A DNA stretch of 64,000 nt, from assembly GCF_009834535.1 (NCBI RefSeq), contig NC_045707.1, positions 60,204,001 to 60,268,000 on the forward strand. The letters run 5' to 3'. Positions 50,810-63,821 of the stretch are shown here, piece by piece (the first letter of the stretch is position 1; the number at the start of each line of letters is the position of its first letter). Below the pieces are notes generated by a model that did no database searches, was not told where the DNA came from, and worked only from the letters and a program-made list of their open reading frames with translations. Made by a program: the position numbers and the translations under genes. Source of the stretch: Camelus ferus. Lineage: Eukaryota.

Positions 50810-51031
50810 AATGGGATAACATTTTTAGAGAAATCTGATATGGCTTAATACCACAAAAAATAAGGATGAAACAGTTTGTATAATTTCAAATGTAGTTACA
50901 TTTCATAAAACTAATTTAACCATTTGTATCTTTATTTATTCAATACATATTTATTTATTACTTGCTGCATGCCAAAGTACTAGCATGAAATCCTAAATGA
51001 AATTAGTCAACTCTTGCTAACTATTGCTAAT

Positions 51032-51496
51032 TGAATTAGTCAACTATTGGTGCAATAATTTTGTAGAAGGAAAAAAACACAAAGTCCCAGTTGCTTACAA
51101 CAACAAATATGTATTTTTCTTGCTCATAGGTCTGCATTTCATTAAGGATTCAACTGGGCTTGAATCCAAGTTATATTGAGTCTTGGTTTATATCAAGTGT
51201 TTTCATTCTGGGACCAGAAGCTACTCATAGTATGATCCTCATATAGAGGACTACAGGAGGGGCCAGTGGAGCCACACCATATCTCTCAAGGACAATTCTA
51301 GAAACAATTATGGCTACCTACCTTCCCTTGGCTAAAGAAAAGCATATAGCCAAGTTCAACATCGGTGCAATAAGGAAGCAAAATCTGCCTGATCTAGTTT
51401 GAGGAGCTAAAAGGTCACATAGCAAAAGACATGGATATATACATTTTTATACAGGAACAACAAAAGAATTAGGAAAAATAATCCAATCTACTATCA
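51032..51496 (-). mobile_element. MLT1H-like MaLR solo LTR
   Basis: cagttgcttacaacaacaaa...tttttcttgctcat, tcattctgggaccag, ccttggctaaag...catatagccaag, ggtcacatagcaaaagacatggat, taatccaatctac. Confidence 0.75.
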
Positions 51497-51967
51497 AGGC
51501 ATGAATGTGTGCTCATGGAGCTCAGGTATGAGCAAAAAAAAAATTAAACATATGATTAAGTTCAGTAGAAATTCACTGAGTAATTTTAATGGTGCTACAT
51601 TTACTGAATATATTATAAGATCATATTTGCTGCTGTTGGGAGAACAAGGGGCAGGAATGTAAGCAAGGAGACGAGTTAGGAAGCCATAACAATTGTCTGA
51701 GAGGGAGCTGATGACGTCCTGGGCTATGATGATGACAGAGATGATGAAAGGCAGTGGATGGAGTTAAGGTGTATTTCAGTGGATGTGGCTGGTCACTATT
51801 AGATGTTGGGGTGGGAAAAAGGCATATTAGAAGAATGTCACTTGAGATTCTGACTTGAATATCAAGGAAAATGATGCTGAAATGGGGAAACATGAAAGGG
51901 AGAATGTCATAGTCTTCATGGTTAATTCCCCCAATTAATTCCTTCAAAATGATAGATTAATCTGAGC

Positions 51968-52205
51968 CAGTAGTCCTAAACACACCATGCTCTTCCCTTT
52001 GACCCCTCACGCCCCCACCACTGCTACAGGGGGTTCTCAGAAAATACGAGGTAGGGGAAGTTTGAGGGTTTCTAGTGACTGAGAAGTGCTATTGGTATTT
52101 TCATTTGGCCTTCCAGAATGGTAAACATCCTGAGATGTACAGGGCAGGCTCACAAAGCAAAGACTTGAGTTGTCCCACCTGAAGCACAGATACACCCTGC
52201 TGAAC
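51968..52205. mobile_element. MER20-like hAT MITE
   Basis: gtgctattggtatt...ccagaatggtaaacatcctgagatgtacagggcag...ttgtcccacc. Confidence 0.5.
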
Positions 52206-52214
52206 TTAAGCCTA

Positions 52215-52660
52215 TTAAGATAATCCCATTCCATGCACTAAACTCTGGGTTAGGAATAGACCTGTCTGTAACTGTGTCCCAACCAACTATGTCCCAGTGA
52301 GACAGGAGGAGAAACAGTCTGGAGAACATCCATGAAAGATTCCTTACCCATAGGAGAGAGACGCAGGAAGACATAGGAAGAAATGGTCCCTTTTCCCCCT
52401 CAACATTGTTTAGATTGTGATGCTTGGTACTTCTGCAAACACCTTATAAATAAGATGGAGGCCAGTCTAAAGCTAATGAGGATGAAAGAAGAAAACAGTG
52501 ATAGAAGTAGGACCTTGACAACTTCACTGAGCTGCTGAATCAAACAACCACCATTTCCCCACCCTCAAACATGATGTTAGATAATACATCTCCTTACAGT
52601 TTAAGTCAGCTTGAGTTGGACTTTTTTTGCTACTTGAGTAAGAAGGCATCCTAAATAACA
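52215..52660 (+). mobile_element. MLT1K-like MaLR solo LTR
   Basis: gaaagattcctt, tgtgatgcttggtacttctgca, actgagctgctgaatcaaac, gtttaagtcagcttgagttgg...gcatcctaaataaca. Confidence 0.7.
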
Positions 52661-53145
52661 GAGGAGGGAAACAGGTTTAGGTGTCAAAAAAATTTGAGTC
52701 CCGTTTTATAAGAGAGCTGGGTATGTGAGGCCAGACCTCTCAATAAGAGGGTCTGGAGTGTATAAGCAAGACCAGACCTACCCATGGTATCAACCCTGGC
52801 AGACTACATGTGGTGAGTAAATACACTGTAGGAGGTGCAGTGAACTAGACCTTCACAGTTTATTACCAGCAAAGATGGCAGACCTAAGATCACTGGGCAT
52901 TTTGATGAATTACCCTGGCTTTTCCTACAGTATAGGCAAGATGACTACTCATCTCAAAGTCATGAAGCAAATACTTATTTATGTCCTCTGGTTGTTCCAT
53001 GGCTACCTGGTTGCTTCCCCCCAACTAAATTATAATCTGCTAAAATTATTTATTCCACATCCACCATAGAACCAAATAAAATTCAAGGCACTCAGCAGGT
53101 ATTAAACAAGAGTTCACTGAATCAAAATTGTTCAAAACATCTGTT

Positions 53146-53450
53146 GCATTTTCATAGTCGTTAGATAAAGAATAATTTTGTGGACTATATCATGTGTCTT
53201 AACCTACAGGTTGCAAACTGGAGACCCAGAGGAATGTAACTGTGTGGTTTAATGTTTCAGAAATTTTGAATTATGTAGACATCAGTATTTAAAATTTCAG
53301 CAATTTCACAATGAAATCTGGATGTCTGGCTTCCAGTGATGATGTGGTCCCATTTTCCTGCCTATCAACGAGCTAGAGCTGAGAAAAGGGCACTGCCCTC
53401 CATCACGCAGTCTCCAAAGCCAGCTTCACTCACATTTGAGTGAGTGCCCC
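53146..53450. mobile_element. MER102-like hAT-Charlie element
   Basis: caggttgcaaactgg, aattttgaatta, atttcacaatgaaatctggatgtctggcttc, gctagagctgag, ccagcttcactca. Confidence 0.55.
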
Positions 53451-55557
53451 TTACTTAATCTCTCTGGGAGCAGGGCTTACTTCTTCACAACCAATGGATT
53501 GAACCAAGTGATCCTGTTCTAACATTGCATAAGTCTAAAAGCCTGTCTTTTATAATAATGCAGTAAATTAGTGAAATTGCAGATTGTTCTTCCCTTCTTG
53601 TCCATCCCTCCTGAGTATTTAGCCACAATACTGCCTGTCCTTAGTTTTAGCCTACATGTATACTAGCTGATGAAAACAGAATAGTCAGAGTTGTTCTATT
53701 CAGCCTCCACATGGATTGGATAAACCTACAGTTTTCCTTGTTTTCTACAAGAGAGTGCCTTCCATTAGGACAGTGAAACCCTAATAAACTGGGTAAGAGC
53801 CAAACAAAGCTGCTGTCTATGGAAATGACTCAACCAGCAAGAAGAGGAGTCGTGACTGGTCCCTTTCTCTTAATACCGAAGGAAAGAGGAAGAGCTTTAA
53901 AAAATGTTTTTCACCTGTGTGATGATCCATTCAAAACAAAAATGTAACTATTTATATGTCAAGATAAATGTAATAATAATTTTTTACTGGATTAATAGTG
54001 GAGACCTCAGCTGGACACTATGAACTTTTCTTTATGACTGCCTATTTTTCGATGGAGTATTACCTATTTTCAATCCTATTGAGATATTCTAAGAACACAT
54101 TTTTCAGCTCTTGTGCCCTCCTGCTGTTCTATTCACTCTGTGGCACTAACAGTCCTCCCTCATTTAATCCATTTGAAAGACACACAAAGAGGTCAGACAT
54201 CAGGATTTCAGCTTATTTTCCCTTCTCATCTAAGGTTTCCTAAAATAAAATGAAGCCACGGTCAATAGCTCTATTAAGTAACAATTGTAAATTTTGGTAC
54301 AGGGGTACATAGGGCTACCCTCTTCTTAACTCTAGAAACTGTGTATCTAAACTCCTCTTCTGCAAGGCACTATATATAACGGCTTTGTATTGACACCTAG
54401 TAGATGATACTAACATAAAAAAGCAAGATTTGGTGTTTCTCATGCAGAGAAAATAGGAAGCTAACACCCCTGAGAGCAATGAATTGGACAAATATGGACC
54501 TTTATGTCATTTATGTCAACCAAGGCAAGAAGGGTAGGAAGGCAGAAATGTAAATCAGTTGCTCCAACGGTCATGGAAACACTGTGACTGTTAAGGTTAG
54601 CCTGTAATAAGGATGAAAAATGAGATCACCACTCCATTTGTCTTCAAAAAATTCTTTTTCTCTCTTGAATCTATAATATCCTGATGCTTTTACTGCACAA
54701 ATATAATGCACTCCTTTTTATCCTGACTCAACCATGTGCTTAAACAGTATGCAATTAGAGACAGACAAGCAGCAATAAGTAGTAATAGAGAAAATGATCT
54801 TTTATTCATGCAAAATGTTATAGAAAAGATGACTAAGTTTCAAGATCATGTTGACTCGAAAATTTTTTTCAGCTATGAAAGAATGTATTTTAAACAGTAA
54901 AAGTACATATGAAAGTTTTCAAATGTAATTATACCAAGGAGTAATTGTACCAAACAGGTCTCAACTTCCATATTTAAGGAGAGAGACCTTTCACCAAGAC
55001 ATTTGGGAAAGATGTTTGAGCTTCTGCATTGTCTAAGCACTGCAGTTAGTATATGATGTGATTCATGAGCATAACATTATCCAGCAGGCTTCACTACTCT
55101 GTATTCCTCTTATGCCCTCCCTCGAAGAGACGCAGAATGTCCAATAAAGCTTGAATCAATAGCATAAGACAAATTAGCACGGGTGAAATGCCTACTTGTC
55201 ATTGCTTCAGACACAGATGTAATGTTTCAGGATGCCTCCTTTATCTACATTTTGATAAATTCTTTTCACAATCATATCTTCTATCATTTTTGGCCAGTTC
55301 CACACTGTTTTTAAACTTTAAGAATAGAATTTGAATTCCTTTATTCCAAATGGATTATTTTAACCTTTTTTACACTTAATGGAAGAATATAAGTATCTAC
55401 TCTGAGTACAAATAAAGTATATATTGCTGATGTAATCTAGAATATAGGAATTGAGTCCATTATTATAATGTTATTCTGGAATAAATTACTATATGGCATG
55501 TATAGACATACGTGTTCAAATTAAAAATTTGTCCTATGAATTCTCTGATTTAGAAAT

Positions 55558-55925
55558 ATGATAGCACTTAAATGTGGAATCTAAAAGAAGGAAAAAGGAT
55601 AAAAAGGACACTAATGAACTCATCTACAAAACAGAAACAGACTCGTAGGCATAGTAAAAACTCTTATGGTTACCGGGGGAAAGAGATAAATTTGGGAGTT
55701 TGATATTTGCAAATGTTAACCACTATATATAAAAATAGATTAAAAAAAACAAATTTCTCCTGTGTAGCATAGGGAACTATATTCAATATCTTGTGATAGC
55801 CTTTAATGAAAAAGAATATGAAAATGAATATATGTATATATCTGCATGACTGGGACATTATGCTGTGCACCAGAAATTGACACATTGTAACTGGCTATAC
55901 TCCAATAAAAAAACAAAATACAATA
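55558..55925 (+). mobile_element. 5'-truncated camelid/artiodactyl L1 3' UTR
   Basis: cacttaaatgtggaatctaaaa...aatgaactcatctacaaaacagaaacagactc...gcatagggaactatattcaatatcttgt...gacacattgtaactggctatactccAATAAA plus A-rich tail. Short TSD agaaat at a ttt/ag site. Confidence 0.9.
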
Positions 55926-58609
55926 AGAAATTTCTAAATGTGAAATTGGGTGACTTAACAATATGAAATGTAAACTAGAGATAAGAATTTAAAAATTCTT
56001 AGGGAGGGGGTTCAAAAGTAGGGTTATGCAATAAGAGAGAGAACAAACCCGTAAGTGTTTAGTTCTTTGGTTGGATTAATAAATATATAAGTCAAATACT
56101 TGACAACTTTCATCCTTATTTAAAAACTAAAATACGGTGAAACATTTAAACTTCTCAGAGAATTCCCTGGGTTAGCTACTTAATACTTTTATCTCTTCAC
56201 ATATTCATTCATTCATTCAACATTTATTGAACCCTTACTACAGGCTAGGACCTTATAGAAATTTAAAAATTACTAATCGAATGATATTTTCCAATCATAA
56301 AGTACACACATACATATACATACACTGTAATTATATTCCTGTGTCTATTTATATAAAAAATATAAAACATGCATTGATCTAATTATAGCCAGCTGGGGAA
56401 GTAGGCAGGATAACAGTGTGTGGCTTAGCACGTTCCCTACCTAGGAGAGAAAGCTTTGGAGCTGCCACTTCCCTGGGGGAGACGCTGTCACAAACGCCTT
56501 TCTGGGAGGGATTAAGAAAACCAGAGCAGCTGAGACCCATTTTCAAATATAAAACTGGCATGAAAGGCTTTACATGAATGACTAAAACTTGAATTCAGAC
56601 AAGCTGGAAGAGCCTAAGAAGAGGGTGCATTATTCTTGGTGTTAAACCAAAGAAAATTGATTAGATCACAAAATAGGTGGGTTTAACTTCTGGTTCTGTA
56701 AGCCAAGAAAAATGAAAAACAAAGATCTGCACCCTTATTTATCAGTCTACTTGTACATCATCGTCAAAAGAAGGTGAGAATGGAAGGTTATATGAAATGC
56801 CGAAGGCTGAACTAAAATAATCAATACCGTGATGTGGGTTAAAATTTTTCACTTGCCAAAATTTTAGATAACTTTTGGTTTATCTCATTTTTGAAATTTG
56901 AAAGATGAGTAACTTTTTGCTCAGACTACAGGTAGTATCTGCCACTTTCTATTCCTTTGTCATCGCGCCTGAGAGCAGCCCTTCACTGGTTAAGCAGTAC
57001 TTTTTATTGAGCATCTTCATAAACAAGAAGAGTTTAGTCAACTTACAACAGGTTCTTACGTTATATTCTTAGATATCAAAGTATTTTGGTCCTTTGTCTA
57101 AATTTAAATTACAGTCAAATGAGGTTGTAAAAGGTCCTAGGAGTGGGGTCAAATTAAGGTGAAAATGATGAGACAGTCCTATTATATTTTCCATCTCTCT
57201 ATAAAGATAATCAAATGATGACAGTGATGATTATTAAGCTTCTAGACACAGCACCTATGAAACAGCACTTTGATATTTCTAAAGTGTCCATTTCTAAAAC
57301 AAATATAGAAATGCAGCAATAATCACAAGCACTTTCCACTGTCACATTGCAAAAATGTATTGAATTAGTAAAAATAAGGAAAAACAGTACATTTCTTAAT
57401 AGTTCACAGCCAGCAATGCTTGTTCATTAACCCTTTGCTGATTTTTGCCAAATACAGCCTTTTACTGAGCCTAGTACCGATTTCACATGGTATGAACACC
57501 AGAGAACTACAGGTATCCTTTAAATGTCACAATTTAAGGTTCCAAATAAAAAGCCAGTTCTAAATTGCACACATTTCATTTACCGAGAGAAATTATCAAT
57601 CCAATGTGTTTTTTTGATGGTAGTAACATGTAATTCTCATAGCCTCTAAATTTTTCTTCTGCTAAGAAACCAAAGAAACATTCCCACTCCTCAAGGAAGT
57701 GGAATTATTGCTGTTGGAGGCCGTAGAAAACCTATTCTCTCATCCTTTTCCCTATGGGTTCTGAGCAACTTGAAAAACAGATAAAGGAGCCTAGATGGGG
57801 ATCAAAATAAACCATTGAATGGATGTAACACTCTCTGGGACTGGCTACATTAGAGTCGTAATAAAGCTCCCTAGTATTCACCCAACTCTTTCCCCAAATT
57901 TAGACTTTGGGCTCTGTCTTGGGGGAAGGCTGAAGCTCCAGAGCTCTCCTAGCCAAACACCTGTGTGGAGCATCATGGACTGTAATCCCCTGTGGTAACA
58001 CCAGGGACAGGTGTGCCTGGTGACTTCACCCACTGATTACCACGAGCCAAGGAGTGATTCCTGACCCCGTCTCACTAATCAGTATGTCATACAGAAAGAA
58101 ACCTGGGAGTAACAGAGAGAAAAATCAAGATATTTTTCCTTTCAATACTGCCTTCCTTTCAGAGTTTAGGGTGCAGGCCTCTCAAGAAAATCAAAGAAAA
58201 CTTGACTAAGTATTTCCCTTGAAGCTAATTTTGTGGAATTTGATTACAATGCTTTCATATTACTCATGTTCTTTAAAAAAAAATAAAGAAGTCCTCTTAT
58301 TTTGCCACAATACCTTCCAAAATTAATAGATTACACAAGATCGTTTGGCCATTTTCTCTCTCTCCCCACCAGTGAAAGTCACTAACTATTATGAAAACAT
58401 CAGCCATCTGCTCTACTGACTTGATAGAAAGTCATCACAGGATGTGCAAATTGTACCAAGTGCATCACTTAGGATGTGCGCTTGAATATTTGTCTGGTGA
58501 GAACCTTTGTTTGCTCAGTGGCAGCTGAGATGATTCTGAGCGATACCGGCCCACACGGTAACACTGGAGGAAGCTCCAACAAGGTTCCTTCCTGCATGGA
58601 GTCACCCGC

Positions 58610-58970
58610 CACATGGCAGGCAGTGTTCAAAGCACTGGGGCAACAGGCAAGGCCCTGCTCTCAGAGACTTCCATTCTGGAAGGTGGTTATAGACAATAAG
58701 CAAAAGGAACACATAAGCGGGATAAGTTGGTGCAGTGATGAGTATAACGGAAAACACTACATCCACTCGATGTGTTAGCAGAGATCGCCAACCAGAGACA
58801 GGCGACGGGGAGGACTGTGGAGTAAGTGGTCAAGAAAGGCTCTCTAAGGAGAAACCACTTGAGCTGAGAACTAAATGGGAAGGAACCAGCCAGACCTGAA
58901 AGGGAGCATGTTAAAGGTCGCAAGATGCCAAGGTCCAGAAATGAGAAGCTATGGTTTCAGTTTTAAAGAT
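58610..58970 (-). mobile_element. L2 LINE relic
   Basis: caaggccctgctctcagagacttccattctgg, gtggtcaagaaaggctctctaaggag...ttgagctgaga. Confidence 0.75.
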
Positions 58971-59204
58971 CCAGCCTGTTACATTCCAAGAAATTTGCTC
59001 TATAAGATGTTACCATACAGTCAAACAGCTTACTCCTTTGTAAATAACACATGGTAAACCAGTGGGAAATGGCAAAAGACTAATGATGAATCCTGCAGTG
59101 TTTATCCACGGTGAGGGGTGAGTGAGTAAACACATACCCAGTGCCTACTAAACACTGGGCACTGATCACGATTGTTTTATATTTTGCTTACTTTGAACAA
59201 ATAC

Positions 59205-59800
59205 ATCCATTGTTAGTTCAGCGAATCTGTATCGAGTCCCTCTATGTGCCAGGCACTGGACCTGGCATTTGATTTCATTATGAACCTGACACAGGACTCC
59301 CTGCAGGGCACTTATGCTCGATTGAGGGAAGGTGACAATTGAAAAAGAAATTGTGACACAGCTTGATCAGTGCCATCACATGAGTCCAACGGGCACTACA
59401 GGTGCACATGGAGTTGCTCTCAGGCTACCTGGGGAAGAGGGTCAGGAAAGTCTTCCCAGACGAAGTGACACTTAAGATTTTACAGACGTGCCAGAAATAG
59501 CTAGACCACGTGCCTAGAGAAAAAAGAGGTTAAGGAATTACATGTTCTTCTCCAGGGATGGAGCCATAGAAAGTGAAAAAAAAAAAAAAACTGTTAGGAG
59601 ATAAGACTCCAGGATCAGCAGTGGTGGATCAAACAGACCCCTATATGCTGAGCTAAGGCTTTATGTAGAGGCAACAGGGAACCATTAAAGAGCTTTAAGC
59701 AGGGGAATGACATGACAGACTTCTGAGTTTAAAAAAAAAAAAAACTCTCTAGCTTCAGAGCGGAGATTCTAAGGTGGGGAGGAAGAAAAGCAGGTTGAAC
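59205..59800 (-). mobile_element. L2 LINE relic including 3' end
   Basis: ctctatgtgccaggcactgg, ggtcaggaaagtcttcccaga, ggcaacagggaaccattaaagagctttaagcaggggaatgacatgacaga. Confidence 0.8.
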
Positions 59801-60781
59801 ACAAAGTGAACATAACTCATTCAAGTAGTTTGCTAGGAAAATTTGAAAGCCTCTGCTGAGCTGGATTTCTGCCCAAATCTCACAGTGCAGTGCTTTAAAT
59901 GAGCTTAAGTTTTACCTATAAACTTCACTCACATTTTTAATACTCAGGTGGTGAATTTAATCGCATAAGGTTGCATTGTATTACTTTCTTCATGCTCTTT
60001 TGAAATGTGAGTTTTTCACTGAGTCAGCACGGCCATCCCACTTAGCTCAGGAAAACACGTCAATCCTTACACCCCTCAAAACTGCCTTTAACATGCATGG
60101 CATCAGATTTTTCTAGGTGATGTAAAATTAAATCACGACTCTTTACAATGTATTCTAATCAGCTACTCCATTAACTGTTTTCAGATGCTAATCAGCTCAG
60201 CTTCAAATGAACAGTTACATATTCAGCTTGCTCCATGAATTCTATGAATGCATTTACCATTACGAGTTATAATTATATTACTTTCAGAGTCATTTACAGC
60301 AATTGAACAAACTAAGAAGAATTCTAAGGTTCTTGTGTGACAGTGCAATTAAACAATATGAACTGTAAGACTCTTGCTTCATATTCAAAAATTTAGTTCT
60401 GATGTAATTTCTGAGAAATGGTATTTTTGGAAATATAGACATCATTCAGGTTAAGACTTTATGATTTTAAGTCACGGACCATCAAGCAAAATCATCAGAT
60501 AACATATTATATTTTGCTATATGGTAAATTAAATACATCTCTAACAGAGAGCAATCTACTTTTGCAACAGGGAGGCAAATGGAAATGTCGGCAGCAGAAA
60601 GATTGCTTGGGTAAAGCTAACCAATACCTTTACAACACCTACTATGTGCCAGGAACTGCACTAAGGACTTCATGTACTTTGACCAATGTCATGTATTTCG
60701 TTTGAATACTGGACAGAAGAACCCATCTTCTTCTAGTCAGAATCCTTCAATCTCAGGTAGTTAGGTAGTTATAAAAGAGAC

Positions 60782-61730
60782 TGTAACATTATCGCAATTA
60801 TCCACCACTGTACAGCACACCACCCTCAAAACTCTAGGGGCTTAAAATAACAGCCCCCATTGATTATCGTTCATGATTCTGTGGGCTGACCAGGCAGTTC
60901 TGCCTCCGTGGTGATGGCTGGGGCACTGGGTTAGCTGGAAGGGCTACAGTGACCTAACTCACATGGCAGGAAGATGGTGTTGGCTGCTTGCTGGGAGCTC
61001 AGATGGGAGTGTTGGCCAGAGGCATTGATTCTTCTCCATGGAGACCTCTCTACAGGGTTGCCTGGACTTCCTCACAGTAAAGCAACTGGGTTTCAAGAAG
61101 GGGAATTCAAAGAGCAAACATTTCAGGAATATAAACCCACCATGCAAACATCCTTGAGGTAGGTAGTATAAAGACCCCCAGAAAGATACCCATGCTCTAA
61201 TCCTTAAACCTGTGCATATGTTATCAAAAGGGACTGTGCAGATGTGATTAAATTAGTGAAATGGGAAGATTAGCTTGGATTATTCAAAAGGCCCTAATGT
61301 AATGACAAGAGTTCTCATAAGAAGGACATCAGAGTAAGAGAAATTTGAAAATATTATACTGATGGCTTCGAAAATGAAGGAAGGGGCCGTGGGCCAAGGA
61401 ATGCAGGTGGCCTCTAACACTGGACAAGGCAAGGAGATAAGACTCTCCCCTAGAGTCTCTGGAAGGAACGTGGTCCTGTTAACACCTTGATTTTTAGCCC
61501 AGTGAGACTTCTGACCTAAAGAATTAAAAGATAATAAGTTCATTTTGTTTTAAGTCAATAAATTTGTGTAATTTGTTAAAATGGCAATAGAAAACAAATA
61601 CATTTGTCAAGCCTCTGTTTTTATTCCATTTGTTAATATCCCATGGCTAAAGGCCAGGGTCATTGGACTAAATTCATGAAGGCATGATTCATTGTGACAG
61701 TTCACCACCAAAGTAACAATCCAATACACA
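60782..61730 (-). mobile_element. MLT1F/G-like MaLR LTR split by an MLT1D insertion
   Basis: ggcttaaaataacag...tcatgattctgtggg...actcacatggc...ggctgcttgctgggagctcag...atgcaaaca; resumes after 61602 with tcaagcctctgttt...ttgttaatatcccatggctaaagg. Confidence 0.75.
61155..61602 (+). mobile_element. MLT1D-like MaLR solo LTR (nested)
   Basis: tgaggtagg...caaaagggactgtgcagatgtgattaa...gccaaggaatgcaggtggcctcta...acaccttgatttttagcccagtgaga...gcaatagaaaacaaataca. Confidence 0.85.
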
Positions 61731-61754
61731 TACCATTTCCTTCAAAATATTTTC

Positions 61755-62328
61755 TGTGATTTAGTTTTCTGTTGCCACTGTAACAAATTACCACCAACTC
61801 AGTGACTTACAACAACACAAATTTATGATCTCAGTCACTGTGGGGCAGAAGTCTGACATGGGTTTTACTAAACTAAAATCAGTATTGGCAGGGCTGGACT
61901 CCTCACTCAGAGAAGAATCCAGTTTCCAAGCTCATTCATGTTGTTGGCTGAGTTCAGTTCCTCGGGGTTGTAAGACTATGGTCCCTATTTCTCTGTAGGT
62001 TGTTGACGAGGAATGGTCCTGAAAGTTTCTCTTCAGTCCTCACATGTGATCCCTTAGATCTCAGAATGACCAACAGTGCATTGGATCCTTCTCACACTTG
62101 GGATTCTCTGACTTTTCCTTCCACTGCATCTTCTTCTAGCTGGAGAAAGTTCTCTGTTTTTAAGATATTGTGTGATTCAACTGGACCCACCCACCAGAAT
62201 CTCCTTATCTTAATTCCTATAACCTGAATTACCTCTGCAAAGCTCCTTTTGCCATATAACAAAATATATCACCAAACTCCAGAGATCAGGGCATGGACAT
62301 CTTCAGGGCCATTATTCTGCTTACCACA
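61755..62328 (-). mobile_element. MLT1D/E-like MaLR solo LTR
   Basis: ctgtaacaaattaccac...caacacaaatttat...tccaagctcattcatgttgttggc...ctgcaaagctccttttgccat...ggcatggacatctt...ccattattctgcttaccaca. Confidence 0.85.
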
Positions 62329-63715
62329 GTTTTCCACAACCAGAATCTTTATGCTGAAGAGAGGTCAGAAGTGCAGCATTGATCTCCTCTGTGCCCTGTC
62401 TAGGAACGAGCCCTCAAAGGCACAATTAGCACAGATAAACTCATCATCATCCGCTATTCACTGGCTCCAACAGCATCTCCAGGAGACAATTTATGTGAGA
62501 TGTTACTCCTCCAAAATTAGTCACAGTTGGGTATTTCATAACCAGCTCTGCTCCATCATTAAAGGGCAAGGCTTCTCAAAAGAGCAACAATACTATTTTT
62601 TGAAATAACCAAATAAACTCTCTTCCCTTAACAGTGGAGAATAATAACTCAAAAATCAATCGATTCAAAATGATCTCTTGACATCATATGGCGAACTGTG
62701 TACCTACAGTGGTGGCTGCATCTTCACACCCCTCTGAATCCTCCAAAGATATTGGACATTTTGTTCAGTATTCTGAATCTATTAGTGGCTTCTTCATTGA
62801 TAAAAGCAATGCAATTCGAGCATTTGGGGTGAATGTGATTATCCTATGTTATTAACATGAGAAAAGTCTCTTACTTACAGATACACAGAAAGTAAGAGGG
62901 ATATGTAGGTAGAGGTTCCGCTATATTTTTAAAAATCCAAATGCCTTACTGATTCATCTCAAATAATTAATTTTTAAAATACTGTACTGGATAGTTAAGG
63001 ACAATCTTGATAAAACAAAGCCATAAGAATTAAGCTAAGAAATGCTGAGATAGCCCAAGTTAGTGAAGACAATTTTATCCTAACATTTTTATTAATTGTT
63101 ATTCAGCTAGTAAAGAAATCTATGACTGAGCTGCTGGGAGGAAAGGACACTTTATACTTATTTATTATCCATGATGCAAATTTCAACTCTGTTCCTCCAG
63201 GGAAAATTTCAGAGTGCTGCCCCTGCCACCACCAATGACTTCGGGAATATTAGAACCACTTGCAAAGAAGTACGTTTAGAAGCTTTTAGTCCAGCTTTAT
63301 ACAGTGAGGTGGAAGGGAGCCTCCTTCTGGTCAATTAAAGAGAAGAGAATTTTGTTTTTCACTGAAAGTTCTTTACCTGTTTTACAGCGGGAAACGCAAC
63401 CAACTTCTCTTGTTAAAAAAGATCTTGCAGTATTAATAGAAGAAAAGCAAAGAAAAGGATCACTCTGTACTACCTTAGCAGAAATGTAAAGGAAGTTCTG
63501 CACTATTTCAATTACTAGATAATCATTTTACAAAGCAGTCAAATTCCAAAGATAACTCAGCCTACACATTAAATATGTTCTCAAGTTACGGGTAGACTTA
63601 GGATAAATTCTATAGGCTAAATAACTTGAAAGTGAATTTTTTAAATGACCTTTTCTTCACTAAAATATTCATTAATCTAATGTAGCCTTGATGTAGACTT
63701 CTAATATATTTTTTT

Positions 63716-63821
63716 AAAGTATGGAACACTTCACAAATTTACATGTCATCTTTGCTCCAGGGCCATGCTAATCTTCAACGTATCATTTCAACTTTAGTAT
63801 ATGGGCTGCCGAAGCGAGCAC
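63716..63821 (-). pseudogene. RNU6: Full-length U6 snRNA retrocopy (processed pseudogene)
   Basis: Minus strand reads GTGCTCGCTTCGGCAGCCCATATACTAAAGTTGAAATGATACGTTGAAGATTAGCATGGCCC...GTTCCATACTTT, about 16 mismatches in 106 nt to mammalian U6 by hand alignment. Short A tail (63709-63715). TSD tagacttctaatat (63694-63707) and taggcttctaatat (63822-63835). Confidence 0.95.

Noticed and set aside
50998..51048. Duplicated tgaa(a)ttagtcaact(c/a)ttg
   Set aside because: A small local tandem duplication at the end of an MLT1 LTR, a common slippage product.
56728..56810. Minus-strand exon candidate (SAFGISYNLPFSPSFDDDVQVD*)
   Set aside because: Weak pyrimidine tract, no partner exons found and the peptide is unrecognised.
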